Assembly (NCBI GenBank): GCA_030390025.1
Contig: CM059438.1
Span: forward strand, 66,652,001-66,716,000
DNA: 64,000 nucleotides
Direction: 5' to 3'
From: Squalus acanthias
Taxonomy: Eukaryota
In this document: in pieces, positions 48,701-61,475 of the stretch
How the letters are laid out: each line of letters begins with the position of its first letter
Numbering within the stretch: position 1 is the first letter of the stretch
Program-made: the position numbers and the translations under genes
Notes under the pieces: model-generated
What the model was told of the DNA's origin: nothing
What the model saw: the letters and a program-made list of their open reading frames with translations, nothing else
Database searches by the model: none

Positions 48701-49491
48701 GGTAATGCATTTGGGGAGGGCTAACAAGGAAAGGGAATACACATTAAATGGTAGGACACTGAGAAGTGTAGAGGAACAAAGGGACCTTGGAGTACAGGTC
48801 CACAGATCCCTGAAGGTAGCAGGCCAAGTAGATAAGGTGGTTAAGAAGGCATGCGGATTACTTGCCTTTATTAGCCGAGGCATAGAATACAAGAGCAGGG
48901 GAGGTTATGCTTGAACAGTATAAAACACTAGTTAGGCCACAGCTAGAATACTGTGTGCAGTTCTGGTCACCACATTACAGGAAAGATGTGATTGCACCAT
49001 AGAGGGTACAGAGGAGATTTACGAGGATGTTGCCTGGACTGTGGAATTTTAGCTACGAGGAAAGATTGGACAGGCTGGGTTTGTTGTCTTTAGAACAGAG
49101 GAGGCTGACGGGAGACTTTATTGAGGGTATAACATTATGAGGGGCCGAGATAGAGTGTATAGGAAGGACCTATTTCCCTTGGCAGAGGGGTCAACAACCA
49201 GGGGGCATAGATTTAAAGTAATTGGTAGGAGGTTAAGAGGGAAATTGAGGGGAAATTTCTTCACCCAGAGGGTGGTGGGGGTCTGGAATTCACTGCCTGA
49301 AAGGGTGGTAGAGGCAGGAACCCTCACCGCATTAAAAAGTACTTGGATGTGCACTTGAGTGCTGGAACCTGCAGGGCTACGGACCAAGAGCTGGAAAGTG
49401 GGATTAGGCTGGATAGCTCTTTGTGGGCTGGCGCGGACACGATGGGCCGAAATGGCCTCCTTACGTGCTGTAAATTTCTATGATTCTATGA
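45742..49491 (+). mobile_element. Near full-length decayed CR1 LINE (ORF1 remnant with internal deletion, plus ORF2 APE/RT)
   Basis: ORF1 starts ATGGCAGGGCAG at 45774 with HICRKCRQLQQLKLGVSELERRL (zinc finger/leucine zipper) and an esterase-like piece KVVISGLLPVPRASE. ORF2 has AITETW, GVYYRRPNS, FADDTKIG. Tail (TTCTATGA)2. Confidence 0.95.
46408..46433 (+). repeat. Poly-G run (26 G) inside CR1
   Basis: Directly visible homopolymer. Confidence 0.9.
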
Positions 49492-49561
49492 TTGGCTGTA
49501 AAGCGCTTTGGGACATTCTGAGGTCATGAAAGGCGCTATGTAAATGCAAGTCTTTCTTTTT
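49491..49561 (+). mobile_element. Deu-SINE 3' tail abutting the CR1 tail
   Basis: ATTGGCTGTAAAGCGCTTTGGGACATTCTGAGGTCATGAAAGGCGCTATGTAAATGCAAGTCTTTC. Confidence 0.8.
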
Positions 49562-49610
49562 ACACAGATTCTGTGGTTAATCTGTATTTGTAAATGGCCA
49601 TGTTAATATT

Positions 49611-50373
49611 GGGCCAGAAATTCGGGTTCCACGGGTGAGTACGCGCTGTGTACTCACCCGTAGACCCAACGAAAGTGCCGGTTTCGCGCATGCACTGCGC
49701 ATGCGCTGGAAACCGGAACTTCCGTTCCCTTGAAGGAAGGGGTTCAGAGGTCAAATGCGTGCGCCGGAGAGGCAGCGTGCACGCATCGAACTTCCGCTTT
49801 TTTTTCAGGTTTCCCCGTGAGGGTAAGTCCCCAGCAGCTGCGCGGGGGAAAAGCAGGCACAAGGCCTGCTTTTAACAAGGTAAGTGGTGAATTAACTAAA
49901 ATTAAAACATTTTTTCCACAGGTTTATTATTTTTAAATACTTTAAAGAAAGGTAAGTTTATTTTTAGCCCCATTAAAAACAGTAATTAATTTTTCAAAAA
50001 TTTAAGTTATTGTTTAAAATAGTTATTTTGTGTAATTTATAGTTATTTTAAAAAGGTGATGCTTTCTAAAAAAATTATTTGAAGTTTTAGTGTGGTTTTG
50101 GGGCCGATCTCTATTCATAGATTTGACAGGTCTTCCTGTCAAATCTTTGAATGGAGATTCCCTGCTCCGATTGGCTCTCCATGGCCCACGTGATCCCAGG
50201 GGACGCTTCAAACTAACTGCGCCCCTGGGATACGCAAGCACTGCGCGCCGGCAGCTGGAGGAGGCCCAGGATCGGAATCCCAAGTGGGCCCAGAGCACAA
50301 CGGCAGGCGCGCTATGCAAGTGCAGATTGGGGGCTTGCACCCGCGGGAAGCCTGCGACCCGAATTTCTGGCCC
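49611..50373. mobile_element. Harbinger-type MITE family E
   Basis: Perfect 16-bp TIR GGGCCAGAAATTCGGG / CCCGAATTTCTGGCCC and TSD ATT on both sides; GC-rich arms with an AT-rich centre. Confidence 0.9.
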
Positions 50374-50968
50374 ATTGATTCCCCACAAACAGGGCACTTC
50401 TTTGAGGTTATGTCACTTAAACCGATACTGCCCCTTCTCATGCAGCAACATTTTTGGTGTCCATAATTAAGAGAATCTAGGCTTCCACATCATTAGGTCA
50501 GTTTAACAAAATATATAATCTTCATTTCCAGGAACATTCAACCATTTGTGCAGTTTTTGTATACGGAGGTAGCTTGTCAGGTGAGGCAAGCGAGGTACTG
50601 TCTCACCTAGACATTAGTGTGCACGAGAGCGGGGAGTCTGAATCGTTGTCGGCAGCACCTCGTGCCCCGGGTGAGCAGGATGGAGACGAGAGGTGGGGCC
50701 TTGCTCCACGTGATTGTGGTGATGAGCAACGAGCCAGCTTAGAGCTGGGGGTGGAAGAGGGAGATAGAAACTTAGGCTGTGAGATTAGAGAGTAGGATGG
50801 AGGTTTACAAAGTGCATATCAGGAAGAATGAGTTCATGAAAAGGAGCCGGCTTTACCACAGTGATTATCGGCTTCTTCTCCTCCCATCTCCCCCCGCCAG
50901 TTACTGGTTCCCGTCATGCTCCTTTCTTTGACCATGCTTTCTTCTTATAATGAGAGATAGCTATGGAC

Positions 50969-51433
50969 AAGAAAGAAAGACTTGCATTTATATAGCGCCT
51001 TTCACAACCACCGGTCTCAAAGCACTTTACAGTCAATGAAGTACTTTTTTTGCAGTCGCTGTTCTAATGTAGGAAACGCAGCAGTCAATATGCGCTCAGC
51101 AAGCTCCCACAAACAGCAATGTGATAATGACCAGATAATCTGTTTTTGTTATGTTGATTGAGGGATAAATATTGGCCAGGACACCGGGGAGAACTCCCCT
51201 GCTCTTCTTCGAAATAGTGCCATGGGATCTTTTACATCCAACCTGAGAGAGCAGACGGGGCCTCGGTTTAACATCTCATCCGAAAGACGGCACCTCCGAC
51301 AGTGCAGCGCTCCCTCAGCACTGCACTGGAGTGTCAGCCTAGCTTTATGTGCTCAAGTCCCTGGAGTGGGACTGGGACCCACAACCTTCCGACTCAGAGG
51401 CAAGAGTGCTACCAACTGAGCCACAGCTGACAC
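50969..51433 (-). mobile_element. Full-length Deu-domain SINE
   Basis: Complete reverse complement of 4687-5158, from head to (CTTT)n tail. Confidence 0.9.
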
Positions 51434-52382
51434 TATAAAACACATTACGCATGTGGCAAGGGCCCATTGCCATGGTAACACGCTGGCTTGGTTAGGCATG
51501 TATAGCTGTACCTCACCTGTCAAAAAAGTCCCCGGCCACCGCTGGTTATATGTTATGAAAAGCATAGTACTGTTCAATCAGCCGTACCGCCTCTTGGCAA
51601 ATCCATCTGGATTCAGTTTGTTTCAGTTCTTCTTATTTACCAGAGAATGTGCACAAAAGGCTTGGGGATATAGTTTTGTGGTCAATTAAACTGGATATTT
51701 CTGAATGTAGAAAAAAAAAGACATTTTATCTTTATGGCAGATCACTGCATAAAACATGGCTTTCTGCTAGAACATTTAATAACAATTATTTAGTTTCCCA
51801 TCTGCTTGTAAATGGTTAAATTGTGTCCATGATGACTATTATTTATTCACTTGCTGAGGTGTTACAATCAGTGGTGCCAAATCTTGATGAAGTCGTAAGT
51901 AATTTGGCAGGAAATGTCCTTACATCAGGATATTTTTTATTAACTAGGGATAAAAATAACTAATTTATACCACAAGCCATTTATCATTAATTTCTCAATT
52001 TAAATTGAACAAAAATGAATTTTCCTATGGCGCTGTTGGTAAAAGCACTGGTCAGGAAAGGCCCTAGGTTTGACCCCCATTCTGTGTTGCGTTAGCTACT
52101 CTCAGCGGGGGCAGCTTTAGGTGTTGGTACAATTGACCTCAGCATATATGAGTTAGGGCAGAATTTAAATGACGGCAGAGCTCCCGATTTGCATCCAATG
52201 AACTGTGTTGAATGACAGCTATGGACAGGGGTAAGATGCAGCTGTCTTAACCCCGCTGCCCCCCCACCCTCGGCACCCCATCCCATGGTGAATAGGCTGT
52301 CAGCATTCACTGGCCAATCTTACACATTGAGTGCACACCCACTTGAGTGAGGTACAATACCCGTAGAACTCTATCCTAGCAA

Positions 52383-52826
52383 TGTCAGCCTTTTTATTAG
52401 TGGTAAAGGTGTTACCTCTGACTCTGAAGAGTGTGGGTTCAAGCCCCCACTCCAGAGACTCAATCACATAATCTAAGCTGACAGTTCAGTGTTATACTGA
52501 GGGAGTGCTGCCCTGTTGGAGGTGCTGTCTTTCAGATGAGATGTTAAACCAAGGCCCAGTCTGCCCTCTCAGGTGGGTGTAAAAGATCCCACGGCACTAT
52601 TGGAAGAAGAGCAGTGGAGTTTTGGCTGATATTAATCCCTCAACCAACACCACTGTTATCATTAATCACCATTGCTGTTTGTGGGAGCTTGCTGTGCGCA
52701 GATTGGCCGTGTTTCTTACATTACAACAGTGCCTACACTTCAAAAGTACTTCAGTGGTTGTGAAGTGCTTGGGAATATTCTGAGGTTGTGAAAGGTGCCA
52801 TATAAATCCAAATTTGCCCTTTCTTT
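52383..52826 (+). mobile_element. Deu-domain SINE
   Basis: GGGTTCAAGCCCC B box, core GGAGGTGCTGTCTTTCAGATGAGATG, tail GAAAGGTGCCATATAAAT. Confidence 0.85.
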
Positions 52827-54856
52827 CGAAGCAAAAGTGGAGAGCAGGGTGAAGAAATAAAAACACCCAATTCTGTTTTTTTTTTGGTTGGGTGTGTACG
52901 TTTTCTTGTGACTTTGAATGATTTTGCAGTGCGAAGCGTAAATTGTGTCTGATTGCAGTCACAAAGTGGTGTCTTCAGCAGCAATTTTGTGCCGCTGATT
53001 GAGTGCAGGACCCAATCTCTGATTGAAACCGCCGAAGGCTGTGGCCTGGTCTTCAAATATAATGGACTTGGGCCTGATGCTGTGCCTCCCATCACTTCAC
53101 AGCACTCACTGCCCCACATCCCAATCATTCAGTTGCGTCAACATGACAGGAAATCTATTTTTCAAATGTTTAGGAAGCACGCCATCACCAACCTGAGAGT
53201 TTCTTGGGCATCTGACCCATTCAGTCTCCAGCACTGAGAGAACACACTGCTATCTGGCCAGATCTCATTGCGCTCTCAGTCTCTTATTTTTATGCCTGGT
53301 CTTGAATCAGCTTTCAGCAAAAAGAAAACTTGGTATTGACTCTTAACTCACAGCTTTTGCTGTTTAACATCACATTTTGAAGCATTTCCTTGTGCAGGAA
53401 CGCTATCTCTTAAATGTGATGACAGGGTCAGGTAAATGATGAGAATTTAATGAGCCAGTTATTCTGCAGCCTCTGTGCTAATGCATTGAACTTTTCGCAT
53501 CACGTTGATGCAGGAAAGGTCAAGTTTCTGTTGAAGTGGAACTTGGACCTATCCTTGAAAAAGGCCGGCAATAATTGTTATTTTTTCCTTGCTAACACTT
53601 CTGAGGTGGAATTAAGATGAGATTTGTTTTGTGCCACCATTAAATGCAGTCTCTTAGATTAAGAAAAACAGAATTTTATTGGGTAGCACAGTGAATGAGT
53701 TAACAGCTGCTGTGGCCACCTTTTGCCTGATCTAATAGTGGAAAACTGCCAGGCTGAGGGATAGAATCATAGCGTGAATCTGATGTTTGCTTTGCTTATG
53801 ATGAGAATTTATTGAAAATCTTCATAACTGATGCCTTCATATTGCAGGACCGTGAGAGATGGAAAAAAATAAAGATCTTAAATTTAAAAAAAATCAGACT
53901 TTTTGTTGTTCAGTGGAACTGTCCATTTAAAAAACCCGACTCGCTGATCCAAAACTGCACATGTGGATACCTTATTCACATCGCTGAATAAATAGTTATG
54001 AGGTAATTGAAAATGAATTTTTTGTTTTTATGGTTTCACTTCAGTTGTACTGGAATTCTGTCAGGGTACTGAGGAATAATGGCCTCAATTGGAGCCAGAA
54101 ATTCTAACGGCCCATTGCCTCGCTGGCTGTGCAACAAAACAGAGGCAAAGCAGTTCTGAAAATTGGCACGGATACCAGATCAGAAGAACAATGCACTGTC
54201 CTCACGCACTTGCCGTACCCCAACAGTTGAGTAGTTTGCTGATGACCCGTTCTTGGGGCAAACCAATAAAATATAGCCCTAAAGCCAAGGCTCTTTCAGC
54301 AGCCTGCCAGCCAAATATAAAACTGCCTGGACTTGCGAAGACCACTGGCCTGGAAGATGCCCTGAAATAGGGGTCTTCCCAGCAGTTTTTCATTTCTTCT
54401 TCTTAGGCAGTCCCTCAGAACCGAGGATGACTTGCTCCCACACTAAAAATGATTTCTCAGGTGACTGATGAGTCCAATGTGGGACCTACAGTCTCTGTCA
54501 CAGGTGGGGCAGACGGTGGTTGAAGGGCCGGGTGGGTGGGGTGCTTGGGTTGACGTGCGCTCCTTCCGCTGTTTGCGCTTGGCTTCCGCTTGCTCCCGGC
54601 GAAGAGATTCGAGGTGTTCGGCGCCTTCCCTGATGCTTCTCCTCCACTTTGTGCGGTCTTGGGCCAGGGATTCCCAGGTGTCAGTGGGGATGTTGCACTT
54701 TTTCAAGGAGGCTTTGAGGGTGTCCTTGAAGCGTTTCCTCTGCCCACCTGGGGCTCTCTTGCTGTGTCGGAGCTCCTAGTAGAGCGCTTGTTTTGCGAGT
54801 CTCGTATCGCGCATACGGACAATGTGGCCCGTCCATCGGAGCTGATCGAGCGTGGT

Positions 54857-57800
54857 CATAGAGTCATAGGGGTAGAAATTAGGTCGCGCCCCATTTGGGG
54901 CGCAAATATCGTCCGGACGCAAATATTAGCGCCTGGCGCTAATTATCGGCACTGACGGGAAACTTCACTTTTACCGCCCCGGGAGGTGAGTGGAGCGCTA
55001 AAGCAGGCGCTGCACACCTCTCTTAAGGCGCAAAGGCCGAGCAGTGAGGCGCTAACTCGGAGCGCTGGCGAAGCTCATGTAATGTCAGTCAGCAATGGAA
55101 CACACACACAATGACACGGGCCAGTTCTTAAAGGGGATGGTTAATCTTGCTTTCCATCCACATCCTGTTCATTGCTGCCTTGAATCTCGGCCTGGAGAGA
55201 CTTGCACATCAAATGTGCTGGAAAGAACAATGGAGAGCACCAGGCAAAGAGCTCAGAGTGCAGCTCCCACGGTCTCTGCTAAATCGATACAAGGAATGGC
55301 AAATCAAAATGAACCTGCAAAGTGCTGCTCAGTACCCAAAACTCCTTCACACAACGTTGAATCTCTCCAGAAGTCTCTCCCTCTCTCTCTCAGAATGCGT
55401 AGTTCAAAAATGCCACCAACAATAAAAGACAGGAAGAGGCCCCCTTTAAATAGCGCCCCCCCCAGCCCCACAGCGATTGATAGCGTTCCAGTCTTCTGGT
55501 CGTTGGAAGCGCCAGGCGGTAAGGCAGGGGGCGCCACTCAATTTCCGCTACGGGGCGCCCCAAGGGCGTTGCACCATGGAATGACGTCACAATCTGCGCG
55601 CGCAGGTGGTCGCAGCGGTAAGTTTTAGCGCCGCCGCACAATCTCAAGTTAAGTTCTCGAGCGGCGCAAACATCGCTGCGCCCAGGCGTTAGCGGCTTTG
55701 CGCCCCATTAGCGCCCTCTTAAGGCGCTAACGGGTGGTGCAACCAAGTGAATTTTTACCCCATAGAGTTATACAGCACAGAAAGAAGCCCTTCGGTCTAT
55801 CGTGTCTGCGCCGGCCATCAATCCCTATCTATTCTAATCCCATTTTCCAGCACTTGGTCCGTAGCCTTGTATGCTATGGCGTTTCAAAGGCTCATCTAAA
55901 TGCTTCTTGAATTTTGTGAGGGTTCCTGCCTCTACCACCCTTTCAGGCAGTGACTTCCAGATTCCAACCACCCTCTGGGTGAAAAAGTTTTTCCTCAAAT
56001 CCCCTCTAAACCTCCTGCCCCTTACCTTGAAACTATGCCCCCTGGTTATTGACCCCTCTACTAAGGGGAAAAGTTCCTTTCTATCTACCCTATCTATGCC
56101 CCTCATAATTTTGTACACCTCAATCAGGTCCCCCCTCAGCCTTCTCTGCTCTAAGGTAAACAACCCCAGCCTGTCCAGTCTCTCGTCATAGCTGAAACGC
56201 TCCAGCCCAGGTAACATCCTGGTGAATCTCCTCTGCACCCTCTCCAATGCAATCACATCCCTCCTATAGTGTGGTGACCAGAACTGCAAACAGTATTCCA
56301 GCTGTGGCCTAACTAGCATTTTGTACAGCTCCATCATAACCTCCCTGCTCTTATATTCTATACCTCGGCTAATGAAGGCAAGTATCCCATATGCCTTCTT
56401 AACCACCTTATCTACCTGTCCTGCTGTCTTCAGGGATCTATGTACATGCACACCAAGGTCCCTCTGATCCTCTGTCCTTCCTAGGGTCCTACCATTCATT
56501 GTGTATTCCCTTGCCTTGTTAGTCCTCCCAAAATGCATCACCTCACACTTTTCAGGGTTAAATTCCATTTGCCACTGTTCTGCCCATCTGACCAACCCGT
56601 CTATATCGTCCTGTAGCCTGAGGCTTCCCACCTCGCTATTTACCACTCCACCAATTTTCGTGTCATCTGCGAACTTACTGATCATACCTCCTACATTCAT
56701 ATCTAAATCATGAATGTTCACTACAAACAGCAAGGGGCCCAGCACCGATCCCTGCGGTACACCACTGGACACAGGCTTCCAGTCACAAAAACAACCTTCG
56801 ACCATCACCCTCTGCCTCCTGCCACTAAGCCAATTTTAGATCCAATGTGCCAAATTTCCCTGGATTCCATGGGCTCTTACCTTCTTGACCAGTCTCCCAT
56901 GCGGGACTTTGTCAAAAGCCTGACTGAAGTCCGTGTAGACTACATCAACTGCACTACCCTCATCCACACACCTCCTCACCCCCTCGAAAAATTCAATCAA
57001 ATTGGTCAGACATGATCTCCCCCTGACAAAGCCATGCTGACTATCCTTGATTAATCCTTGCCTCTCCAAGTGGAGACTAGTTCTGTCCCTCAGAATTTTT
57101 TCCAATAATTTCCCTACCACTGATGTTAGGCTCACTGGCCTGTAATTTCCTGGTTTATCCCTACTACCCTTCTTGAATAATGGTACTACATTAGCTGTCC
57201 TCCAGTCTTCTGGCACCTCCCCTGTGGCCAGAGAGGTTCTGAAAATTTGTGTCAGAGCCCCTGCAATCTCCTCCCTTGCCTCACACAGCAGCCTGGGATG
57301 CATCTCGTCTGGGCCTGGGGATTTATCCACTTTTAAGCCCACTAAAACCATTAGTCCCTCCTCCCTCTCAATGCTAATTTGTTCAAGTATATCACAATCC
57401 CCCTGCCTGATTTCTATGCCTACATCGTCCTTCTCCATAGTGAACACAGATGCAAAATATTCATTTAAAACCTCACCTACATCTTCCGGCTCTACACACA
57501 GATTGCCACGTTGGTCCCTAATGGGCCCTACTCTTTCCCTGGTTATCCTCTTGCTCTTAATATACTTATAAAACACCTTGGGATTTTCCTTTATTTTGCC
57601 CGCCAGTGTTTTTTCATGCCCCCTCTTCGCTCTCCTAATTTCTTTTTTAAGTACCCCCCTGCACTTTCTATACTCCTCTAGGGCATCCACTGTTTTTAGT
57701 CCTTTGTATCTGCCAAAAGCCTCCCTTTTTTTCCTAATCCATTCTTGTATATCCCTTGACATCCAGGGTTCCCTGGACTTGTTGGTCCCACCCTTGACCT

Positions 57801-59020
57801 TTACGGGAACATGTTGGCACTATACTCTCTCTATTTCCTTTCTGAATGACTCCCACTGCTCTGATGTGGATTTTCCTACAAGTAGCTGATCCCAGTCCAC
57901 TTTGGCCAGATCCTGCCTTATCATACTAAAATCGGCCTTCCCTCAATTTAAAACTTTTATTTCCGGTCCATTTTGTCCTTTTCCATGACTACCTTAAATC
58001 TCACTGAATTACGGTCACTGTCAGCAAAATGCTCTCCTATTGACACTTCTACCACTTGCCCGGCTACATTCCCTAGAATTAGGTCCAGTACCGCCCCCTC
58101 TCTTGTAGGACTTTCTACATGCTGGCTCAAAAAACTCTCCTGGATGCACTTTAAGAATTCCGCACCCTCTAAGCCTTTCACACTCTGACTATCCCAGTTA
58201 ATATTGGAGAAGTTGAAATCCCCTACTATTATTACCCTATTATTTCTACACTTCTCTGAGATTTGCCTACATATCTGTTCCTCTATCTCCCCCTGACTGT
58301 TTGGGGGCCTATAGTACACTCCCAACAAAGTGCTTGCCCCCTTTCTGTTTTTAAGTTCTACCCATATGGCCTCGTTAGAGGAACCTGCTGAGATATCATC
58401 CCTCCTTACTGCAGTAATTGACTCCTTGATTAATATTGCGACACCCCCTCCTCTTTTACACCCCCCTCTGTCTCACCTGAAGATTCTATATCCCGGAATA
58501 TTGAGCTGCCAGTCCTGCCCCTTCCTCAACCATGTCTCTATGATAGCAACAATATCATACTCCCATGTGTTCATCAACACCTTCAATTCATCTGCCTTAC
58601 TCGTAAGACTCCTTGCATTAAAATAATTGCCATCCAGCCTTGCCATACTCCCTTGTGCCGTTACATATTTGCTCTGCCTTCCAGACTGACTTGTTTTTTC
58701 CTCTATATTTGGCTGTGCATCACCCTCTACTATAGCTCCACTCTGTATCCCATCCCCCTGCCAAGTTAGTTTAAACCCCCCCCCCAGCAGCACGAGCAAA
58801 CCTCCCCGCAAGGATGTTGGTCCCGTTCCAGTTTAGGTGCAACCCGTCCGACTTGTACAGGTCCCACCTTCCCCAGAAACAGACCCAGTGATCCAGGAAA
58901 TTAAAGCCCTCCCTCCTGCACTAATTCTTTAACCACACATTCATCTGCTCTATCCTCCTATTCCTATACTCACTAGCACGTGGCACTGGGAATAATCCAG
59001 AGATTACTACCTTTAGGTCC
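54857..59020 (-). mobile_element. CR1 LINE (ORF1 3' part plus ORF2) nested in RTE
   Basis: ORFs 55834-56808, 56836-57762, 57957-58328 and 58473-58811 carry CR1 APE/RT motifs; (CATAGAGT)n tail on +. Confidence 0.95.
54869..55761 (+). mobile_element. Harbinger-type MITE family B, copy 4, inserted in the CR1 tail
   Basis: TIR GGGGTAGAAATT / AATTTTTACCCC with TSD ATA (54866-54868, 55762-55764). Confidence 0.9.
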
Positions 59021-61344
59021 TGCTTCGATGCTGGGGATGTTGGCCTGAGCGAGAACACTGATGTTGGTGCACCTATCCTGCCAATGGATTTGCAGGATCT
59101 TGCGGAGGCTGCGGTGGTGGTACCTCTCCAGTGCTTTGAGGTGCCTGCTGTACATGGTCCATGTCTCTGAAGCATACAGGAGAGCAGGTATCACTACTGC
59201 TCTTTAGACCATGAGCTTGGTGCTGGGTTTGAGGTCCTGGTCTTCAAACACTCTCTTCCTCAGACGACCAAAAGCTGCACTGGCACACTGAAGGCGGTGT
59301 TGGATTTTGTCATCGACGTCTGCCCTTGTTGACAGTAAGCTCCCGAGGTATGGAAAGTGGTCCAGGTTGTCCAAGGCCTTGTCATGGATTTTGATAATCG
59401 GGGAGCAGTACTATGTGGCAGGGGCAGGTTGGTAGAGGATCTTTGTCTTACGGATGTTTAGTGTAAGGCCCATGCTCTTGTACGCTTCGGTGAAGGTGTT
59501 GACAATGAATTGGAGTTCGGCCTCAGAGTGTGCGCAGACGCAAGCATCGTCTGTATACTGTAATTCTATGACAGAGGATGGGATGACCTTGGATCTGGAC
59601 TGGAGGCGACAGAGGTTGAACAGTTTCCCGTTTGTTCTGTAGATTAGCTCTACTCCAGTGGGGAGCTTACTGAGGATGAGATGGAGCATTGCAGCCAGGA
59701 AGATCGAGAAGAGCGTTGATGCGATGACACAGCCTTGCTTGACCCTGGTCCATATGTGAATTGGGTCTGTGGTGGATCTGTTGGCCAGGATCATGGCTTG
59801 CATGTCCTTGTGAATCAGGCGGAGGATGGTGACAAACTTTTGAGGGCAGCCGAATTTGAGGAGGACACTCCATAATCCCTCACAGGTGACGGTGTCGAAG
59901 GCCATTGTGAGGTCAAAGAAGGCCATGTACGGCGGTTGGTGCTGTTCCCTGCATTTCTCTTGTAATTGACACGCGGTGAAGATCATGTCCATTGTGCCCC
60001 TTAGTGGGCGGAATCCACATTGCGACTCTGGGAGGAGCTCTTCAGCCACTGGGGGAAGGCGATTGAAGAGGATTCTTGCGATGACTTTCCCTGTGGCAGA
60101 CAGCAGGGAGACTCCTCTGTAATTACCGCAATCGGACTTGTCACCTTTCTTGAAGATGGTCACGATTACGGCATCTCTGAGATCCCCTGGCATGCTCTCC
60201 TCCTTCCAAGTAAGAGGAGAGCAGCTGGCTGCCCGACGCCTGAGTTCGGGAAACCCAGCAGCAATAGCTCGGTTCTTGTGCGATACGCAAGTACTTTCTG
60301 TTAGGTACTAATGCCTTTTTGTATGATGCTAGTCAGACATTTCAACTGCATTCCGACCTCCTGCTCCTTCTCTCGGGTATTGAACAGGTTGACAGAATGG
60401 TAGGTTTACAAATTAGGCATTTTTCTTTGTGTTAATACAGATCGCTGTTTGGTGTCATTCGCAGAACCTGCTAAGAAAGAAATACGGTGTAGTGTTCTTC
60501 TGACTTTACGGATCTTTAACAATGCAAGGAAGGAATTCTCCATTACTGTGAACAATTTGATAATGGTTACATTCTGCTTGCTGCAAGCCTTGGCGATGGT
60601 TTCTACTCTATCAACATTAACAAATCGGACGGTTTAATTGCCGTTGGAATCTGTTCAAATTTACAGTGCATTACGCAAATTCCAGAAAGACAGCAGTCAG
60701 GAATCCAATTACTTGACATTTAAACCAATTTCATGTATAAACCTGTTTCTGATTATTTGTTAATTCCTCGAGACAGAATGATTAAGTTAACAACGAGCTC
60801 CAGGTGCTAATGGCAAGATATGACCCACTTGTATTGTGTACCAGTTCTGGGGAGTGACACAAAACTGCGCTCTTTCTGTAATCTTCTTTGTCTCTCTTAT
60901 CCTGCAGACCCAATGGAGGCTGATTCAGAAAAATGAAGAATGTCCCTCCGCGTTTCTCAATCGACCTCTGACAAACATACGGAGAGCAGAGGCACAGGAC
61001 AGTGCAAAAACATTCTTCTTCTCTTAAAACTTAAAACATTTGGAGCCACGGGCCGAGGAAAAGCATTGATCCAGCTCAGTATTCGCACTTCTTCGTCACA
61101 ATGAAAATATGCTGATGCACTCATCCGGTTCAGCGCATTTAGCAGCACAAAATGATGGTCCTTTCTTCTGACAGTCCAAAGGAACCAAGGCTCTAGGTTG
61201 TTGCCAAGTGTTGGACGACCGCCATGGGTGCTGTCAACTGTGGGAGGCCTGCTCAGAAGCAGTCAAAGGCACTCATGAAGAGGCAATGCTTGTAGATACG
61301 GAAGAGGAAGGCCATTCAGCACATCTGAGCTAATCCTACCAGCA

Positions 61345-61475
61345 TTGAGTGCCGGGCGTTGGACACTGGCCTCCCACCTTTGGAATTTGGGTTCACATCC
61401 AGCCCAGACTGATGGAATGAAAGTCTCCGCTATCTGCTGGCTGTAAGGGTCCTTGCAGACAAAGTACTGAATTTG
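61345..61475 (+). mobile_element. LF-SINE-like tRNA-derived SINE head
   Basis: GCCTCCCACCT...TGGGTTCACATCCAGCCCAG...GAAAGTC...TATCTGCTGGCTGT resembles my recollection of the LF-SINE 5' region. Confidence 0.55.

Larger units (their letters stand above)
54394..60208 (-). mobile_element. RTE-clade LINE split by CR1 (RTE parts 54394-54858 and 59021-60208)
   Basis: RT motifs NYRGVSLLS, ESQCGFRP, FFDLTMAFD, VKQGC, QYTDD (ORF 59411-60193). The frame ANIPSIEA|(L)TTLDQLRWTGHIVR rejoins across the insertion; (AAG)n tail. Confidence 0.92.

Noticed and set aside
55834..57762. Potentially active CR1 reverse transcriptase
   Set aside because: ORF2 is broken by stops and frameshifts, the element is 5'-truncated, and its tail is interrupted by a MITE.
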